Part shown: positions 46,849 through 64,000 of the stretch, piece by piece
How positions within the stretch are numbered: position 1 is the stretch's first letter
How the letters are laid out: every line of letters starts with the position of its first letter
Assembly: GCA_963693365.1 (NCBI GenBank)
Contig: CAVNZM010000004.1
Location: 3,462,047-3,526,046 of the forward strand
DNA length: 64,000 bases
Direction: 5' to 3'
From: Amoebidium appalachense
Lineage: Eukaryota > Protista > Ichthyosporea
Position numbers and translations under genes: made by a program
Notes under the pieces: model-generated
Seen by the model: only the letters and a program-made list of their open reading frames with translations
The model's database searches: none
What the model was told of the DNA's origin: nothing

Positions 46849-48065
46849 TTTCCTGCAGTCATTCGCTAGGAAAGGTGCACGGAAAATTTTGAAAAGGGGA
46901 AGGGACGGTGGTGGGGGGGACGACGGGAGGAGGTATGGAAAAGGTCTACATTGCTTCCGGAGACTCTTTCCCCTCTCCACCCTTCAACCCCGACAGCTCA
47001 GTTCAAGAGTCCCCTATGCAGCAAGACACACGTGTGTTGTGTATGAACATACGTATGTGACAACCAACATGTGTGTGTGGTTGTGGGTGTGTCGTGTGTG
47101 CATGTCTGTGGGTGTGGCTGCACATGTTCATGGTATGTACGGTTGTGCCTGTGTGTGCGTGTGCGCGTGCAAGCACATGCCTGGCTCAGTTTGGTATGCA
47201 TATTTCATGATGATGATGCAGTACGCAGTGGCACACAAGCCTCTTAGGATAACCGCTGTAGGTAGCCGTGATAGTACTAGTATCTCAATACTATCTCGTC
47301 CCCCCCCCCCCCCCCCCACCCTATTAATGCATGCTGCCCTCTTCCTCCCGAAACACACCGAGTCACACACACATACATACACTCACTACACACACACATC
47401 GGCGCACACACATGGTGCGTACACACACACACATGTGTACACCCACACCCACACCTGCACCAAAGCACAAATACAGGCAAGCACACACAGCCACAAACAC
47501 ACAAAACACAAAAACTCAAGCAAAGCACACACACAGCCCCACGGATGCACGCCTGCACAGTATGCACAGACACACGGCTTGTGCACGTTTGCACAGCGAC
47601 ACACATGTATACACATTCCTACATTGCACAGGGACATGTACACGCACACACAGAGAGCGGAGCTAGAGAGAAAGAGTGTACAAAATGGAGAAAGAGAGAG
47701 GGAGGGACCACGAGGGGAGAGAGGGGAGGGGGGATGGACCCTGCCTGGAGGGATGGAGAGAGATAGGGAGACTAGCTAGAGAGAAAGAAAGAGAGAGGGA
47801 GAGTTTCACAGAGAGATGGGGCCGGTAACCACCAAAAGGCAGCGGTGCTGAATATGAACTTAATACGAAGGTTCAAAACGGAAAGTCTCACAGAGAGAAA
47901 TAGAGCGGACTCCGAGGGGGAGGGGGAGGGGGCGGGGGGAGGGGGAGGGGATGGGGGGGAGGGGGGAGGGGGGCAGAGAGAGAGAGAGAGGGGGAGAGAG
48001 AGAGAGGGAGAGAGAGAGAGACAGAGAGGGGGGGGGGGGGGGGGGAGAGAGAGAGAGAGAGAGAG

Positions 48066-48112
<47 letters not shown>

Positions 48113-48684
48113 GAGAGAGCGAGAGAGAGAGAGAGAGAGAGAGAGACGAGAGAGAGAGAGAGAGAGTGTGTGTGTGAGAGAGAGAGATAGGGGGGGGGGT
48201 TTCGAGAGATAGATTGAAAGAGAGAGAGGGAGAGAGTGTGTGAAAGGGAGAGAGGGTTGGCGGCGAGGGGGGGGGGGGGGGAGGGGGGGGGGGAGGGGAG
48301 GGGAGAGAGATCTAGAAAGAGAGAGAGAGAGAGATCTAGAGAAAGAGAGAGAGATAGAGATAGAGAGAGAGGGGGGGGGGGGGAAGAGGGAGGGAGGGAG
48401 AGAGAGGGAGAGAGAGAGAGAGGGAGGGGGGGGAGAGAGAGAGAGATGTGGGCTGGCTCCGTGTCTACGTCACACACACACGTGTACGCAAATACACACA
48501 CACGTACCATGCGCACACACAAAAACATTAAAGCAAAAATTGTCCTCCCCCCCCCCCCCCCCCCCCGGTCCGCCCCCCCCCCCCCCCCCCCTCCCCCCCC
48601 CCCCCGCCCCGCCTCGAGACACCCTCCCCCTCTCCCTCGAGCTCTCCGCCTTCCGAGCATGGCATTGCCCTCTGACCTCCTAGT

Positions 48685-48764
<80 letters not shown>

Positions 48765-49060
48765 TCCCTCCCCCCACCCCCTTCCCCGCGCTCTCGCCCT
48801 CTAACACACCCCCTTTAGCATCTCCTCCCCACTCCGCGCTGTCTCCTCCCCGATGGATCACTCAGGTGCAGCATGCCCTTATCCACGGCCATGGCATATA
48901 TCGACGCACACACGGCCCCTGCACACGTACATAAACCATCTGGCCCTATGGCAGCGGCAAAGTTGCAATTGCACCAAACGAACTATCACAACCACCATGT
49001 AATGTACCACGGCAGCAGCGCCGTCTTCCCCTCCCTCCCCCCCCCCCCCCCCTCCCCCCC

Positions 49061-49094
<34 letters not shown>

Positions 49095-49168
49095 CGGGCC
49101 TCCTCCTCGGGAACCTTTGCAATCCCGGCCCTCCAACCCCCCCCCCCCCCCCCCCCCCCCCAATCCCC

Positions 49169-49201
<33 letters not shown>

Positions 49202-50003
49202 CCCCCAGCTCCCCCTTTTACCATCCCCCCCCCCCTCCCCCCCCCTCCCCCTCCAGAGCCCAATTTTTCGAATATTGGACCAAACAGCCAAAAAGGAATC
49301 ATTGATGCGTCGAATTCGGGGTACCCCCCAATATTGTAGCACTCTCAAATTTGTAGCGGACGGTCCGGGCCATCATCATATCGCCAGATTCGCCACCGTG
49401 ACGGCGTGACCGCATGAGCATACGTTTCTTATACTTTTTTATCTTTATTATTCCGAGTGAGTGCTTGAAAAGAAGTTGTTCCGGCCACAGCCTATATATG
49501 TGCAAAAGTGGGATTCGATACGTGGAAGTGTTGGCAGCCGCCTGATTCTTACACGCTCACACGGGGCCGCAGGGGTATGTAGCAAGTTCATGGGTTTGGT
49601 GTGTAAAAAATGTACAGGGAAAAGGCTTACGCGCACTTTATTGAGGCATCCAACCACAAAAGTGTGAACAGCCAATCATAGAAGCGGTGGCTTTAGGTTT
49701 TCCATATATAGTGTTGACAAGTATCAACGAACGAATCAAATTGGGTTGTTCGTGCTAAGACGAATACCGCAGAAGATGGCGACAAGATCTCGAGGGAATA
49801 CGTTTTTTCCCAACCACTTGAAACACGACATGATAAAATGCCAAACACTTATAACTGAAATAAATTTATAAACATGTGAAAACGCAGCAAATTCTGCAAA
49901 AACAAAAACCCCTTTTTTAAAGTAACGCTCTCGATTCCATGGTAGCTTCGAGCCTCTTTAGAGCTATGAAGGGGCAACATTCCTCTGCAGATTGCGCTTT
50001 ACG

Positions 50004-50043
50004 ATTGGCGAAGACGTCACAGGGCGCGCACCTGTGTATAAAA
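50004..50043 (+). promoter_or_regulatory. Core promoter of the Cys-rich gene (reverse CCAAT, CRE-like site, TATA)
   Basis: ATTGG at 50004, GACGTCA at 50013 and TATAAAA at 50037-50043, about 110 bp upstream of the ATG. Confidence 0.55.
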
Positions 50044-50146
50044 CCATCATACACACAGCATATAATCATCAGTTCGTTTCTCAAATTGTTTTTACAGCAT
50101 CGTACTACCTCCGTACAAAACCGAAAACATTGCTTAACGTCTCAGA

Positions 50147-51001
50147 ATGCTCAAGCTCTCCATGCTCATCGGCGCCAGCGCCGTTGGTGCCGCTCTCGCA
50201 GACACCATTTCCTGCGCTAGCTGGGTCGAAAATTCCGGCACGATCTGTTTCCGTGGTGTTGCCGTCGGCAACTGGTGCAACCCCGCAACTTTCACCAACT
50301 CTGACTCGTGCGGCGAGCAGTATTGCTGTCTCCCCGTTAACCCGCCCCCGCCTCCCCCACCGCCCGCTGCCAAGTCCTGCATGAAGTGGGTGAACGATAA
50401 CGGTGTTCAGTGCAACAATGGCGTTCAGGATCGTAACTGTGATGGGTACGGTGAGGCATGTTCGAAGGATTACTGCTGCAAGCCCTTCGTCCGTGTTATG
50501 TCCGACTGTTGGCAGTGGACCTCCGGCGCTGCCAAGTGTCCGTCCGGCCCCAAGAAGCCTAACTACGAGAACATTCTCAAGGACTACCAATGCTTCGAGA
50601 AGGTGAATCTCGACAAGCAGCCCATGGCCTCTCAGAACGGCATCGGTCCCTGCAGTATGGACCAGTGCTGTGCGATGATTCAGGGCGCTGTTCCTGATAA
50701 CAACTGCAAGAACTACCCCCCGTACGTTCCTGCCCCCGAGAAGAACTACGACTGGAACTGTGAGTGCTGGGCCGCCGCAAACAACTACAAATGCAGCTCG
50801 GGTAAGATCCTTCAGGTTGGCAAGCTCTGCACACGCTGGAGCAAGAAGTACCCCGGTGTGCCCAAGTGCACCAAGGGCAACTGCTGCAAGTCTACTCCCT
50901 GGGTTTACTCTGGGGAGCCCAAGCCCCAGCCCCCTTCGGCTAACACCTACACTGGTAGCGCTCCGGCTCCCGGCGGCTCTGTGGCTGGTGGTTCTTCTTA
51001 A
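50147..51001 (+). CDS. Intronless secreted cysteine-rich repeat protein (284 aa), unknown family
   Basis: Signal peptide MLKLSMLIGASAVGAALA-D, strong C/G-ending codon bias, four 6-Cys modules each ending in CC, a Pro-rich linker written with mixed codons, and an upstream TATA box. Confidence 0.9.
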   Translation: MLKLSMLIGASAVGAALADTISCASWVENSGTICFRGVAVGNWCNPATFTNSDSCGEQYCCLPVNPPPPPPPPAAKSCMKWVNDNGVQCNNGVQDRNCDGYGEACSKDYCCKPFVRVMSDCWQWTSGAAKCPSGPKKPNYENILKDYQCFEKVNLDKQPMASQNGIGPCSMDQCCAMIQGAVPDNNCKNYPPYVPAPEKNYDWNCECWAAANNYKCSSGKILQVGKLCTRWSKKYPGVPKCTKGNCCKSTPWVYSGEPKPQPPSANTYTGSAPAPGGSVAGGSS

Positions 51002-51337
51002 AGATGCACTCGCGTTGCTTGCTTTAAGATACACTAGCATTGGGTGGTGGGGTGTTTTATATTCAAGATTCATATGTTTATGGCCTGGTAGCCAGTGACT
51101 TTTGGCTTACAGTGAACTGTGAATTGAAACGGGATAGAAGGAACATATAAATTTGCAATTTTTCCTCTTGGAATAACCTACGCTGATCTTGTGTACTACA
51201 TCTTTTTTGAAATGATATATGAAATATAAGACACACGGTGTGTGTATGCACCTTGTGTGAGTCTGCCTGGTGACTGTTTTGGAAGCAATAGTGAAATTAC
51301 CGTACGCGTCGTGAATGACAAGCAAAACATAATAAAA

Positions 51338-51561
51338 TATACTGAAAACTCGAAGACGTGAAGTTCCTGTTCTGCGTGAAACTTAGAAGGGTACACATAT
51401 ATTGCTATGCTACTTCTCTCCCACGTGATCATTAGCTTCCACAAGTTGTTATACTGAAAACTCGAAGACGTGAAGTTCCTGTTCTGCGTGAAACTTAGAA
51501 GGGTACACATATATTGCTATGCTACTTCTCTCCCATGTGATCAATAGCTTCCACAAGTTGT
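51338..51561. repeat. 112-bp tandem duplication
   Basis: TATACTGAAAACTCGAAGACG...CCACAAGTTGT occurs twice with about 2 substitutions. Confidence 0.95.
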
Positions 51562-51953
51562 AAGTAAAGCTTCTGTCTGTGTGTGTGTGTACGTGCGTGT
51601 GTGTGTGCGCGTACACGGGCGTGTGTACATGTGTACTGAGTGTGTGCACACACATTCCTGAATTTGAGTGCATGCCGTGTACCCTTTTGTCTTTTAACTG
51701 TTTTCATGGAAGTCTGTCCAGCACCAACGACTCGATTGGTTTGCCCAACCGCCCCGCAGGAGAGAAGGACTCACATGGGCCGCGCCTGCTGTAAATGTTC
51801 ACAGAGGGGTGTGAGTTTGGGTGCTAATTAGTTGACGTGAAAATGTATGCACGGGGTGTTGTATTGTAATTGTGTCAATTTGAGCAGCTTTAATTAGGTA
51901 CATACCCGGAAAGGTTGGGGAAGCTAGTAGGGGGTCGTTGACGGTGTGTGTGA

Positions 51954-52000
<47 letters not shown>

Positions 52001-52783
52001 GGGGGAGAGGGGGGGGGGGGGGGGGGGGGTTGTTTGCCAGCTGAAGTTCCGGCAAAACGGCTGAATGACGAGGGCTAAAAGGCTTTTTGGGTCTTACATA
52101 ACACTTCTTCGATAAAGGCCACTATGTGTGTTTGTGTGTGTGTGTTTTTGTGTGTGGTGTGTGCGTGTGAGCACGCACCCGCACGTGTGCGCGTGCTACG
52201 GAGCTCAAGTAAATGGTACTATCGAGCCCCTCCCACCGCGCGAGGGGGGGTTGCTTTTAATGATTTATTGATCCGAAGCATAATATGCCCCGGACTACGG
52301 TCGAATTTTTTGAAAGAAACCCGGCACGGAAAGGCCAGCCCGATGCTACACACAGCTTCTTCAATCCGTAGACAGTGATATCGTCTCCAATAAAAAATTG
52401 TTTTCATGCTATATTGGCCACAGGCATGCAGACCTTGGATCTCTTTACATATACATGCTATCCATGGGATAGAAAGGAACTTTATGTCCATTTTAAAGAG
52501 GAAGCAAGAGGCACAAGTCAGCCTAGATCAATTCTGCACCTGCATTGAAAATAACTGTTCATGGTGTCAGCGTTGTCTACTAAACTTTCATTCATTCATA
52601 CAAAGGCCAAAGTATACGTCATCTCCCCACCATTACATATTCACACATACCATCTTTCAAGAGTCTAAATTATGCAAATGTGTCAACAACTTCCCCGGGA
52701 GCGAAGTACCCCCTTCCCCCCCCCCCCCCTTCAGACACCACCTCCACACCTTGCTTGAATTCTAACATTCATTCTCTTGCAGA

Positions 52784-63636
<10,853 letters not shown>

Positions 63637-64000
63637 GTGTGCGTGTGTGTGTTGTGTGTGTGTGTGTGTGCGTGCGTGCGTGTGTGTGTGTGTGCATGAG
63701 TGCGCGTGCGCGCGCGTGTAGCGAATGAGTGAGTGATTGGGTGGGTGAGTGACTGAGTGAGTGAGTGAGTGAGTGCGTGAGTGAGTGAGTAAGTGAGTGA
63801 GTGAGTGAGTGAGTGAGTGAGCGCGCGCACGTGTGTGTATGTCTGTGTGCGTGCGTGTTTGTGACACGTGCATTAGGGAAGTGCCATTGCAGCAAGGGGA
63901 AAATCAGATTGAACGGAAATGGAGAAAATGAGAAGGATTGGAGTCATACATCAGAAAAGGGACAAGAAGAAGGAGCGGAGCTGGGTGGGGTTTAGGAGGT

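Noticed and set aside
48860-49680. Complex sequence with short ORFs upstream of the Cys-rich gene
   Set aside because: No splice-consistent gene model, TIRs or recognisable motif.
50105-51073. 322-aa antisense ORF over the Cys-rich gene
   Set aside because: This is an expected shadow of strong C/G-ending codon bias on the sense strand and shows no independent coding signal.

Overview
Intron-rich eukaryotic genomic DNA with GT-AG introns. The gene set (COMMD9, an SLF2/FAM178-like gene, an AGFG-type ArfGAP) suggests a unicellular holozoan or similar protist, which is inference. Introns and intergenic DNA are saturated with poly-C/poly-G tracts and (CA)n/(GA)n microsatellites, so nearly all ORFs in the supplied track are spurious. 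Splicing by hand gives seven protein genes: AGFG-like ArfGAP (-), COMMD9 (+), pterin-4a-carbinolamine dehydratase (+), arylamine N-acetyltransferase (-), an F-box/WD40 protein (+), an intronless secreted Cys-repeat protein (+), and an SLF2/FAM178-like gene (-, 5' end probably beyond the window). There is also a tRNA-Ser(GCU), a tRNA-derived repeat and a piggyBac-type MITE. The most notable unexplained structures are: six ~133-nt double-hairpin H/ACA-like RNA units in one COMMD9 intron; a structured repeat family that is always sense to its host intron; a perfect 32-bp intronic hairpin; and positional and polarity rules for the homopolymer tracts (poly-C just after splice donors, and C-run-then-A-run junctions).
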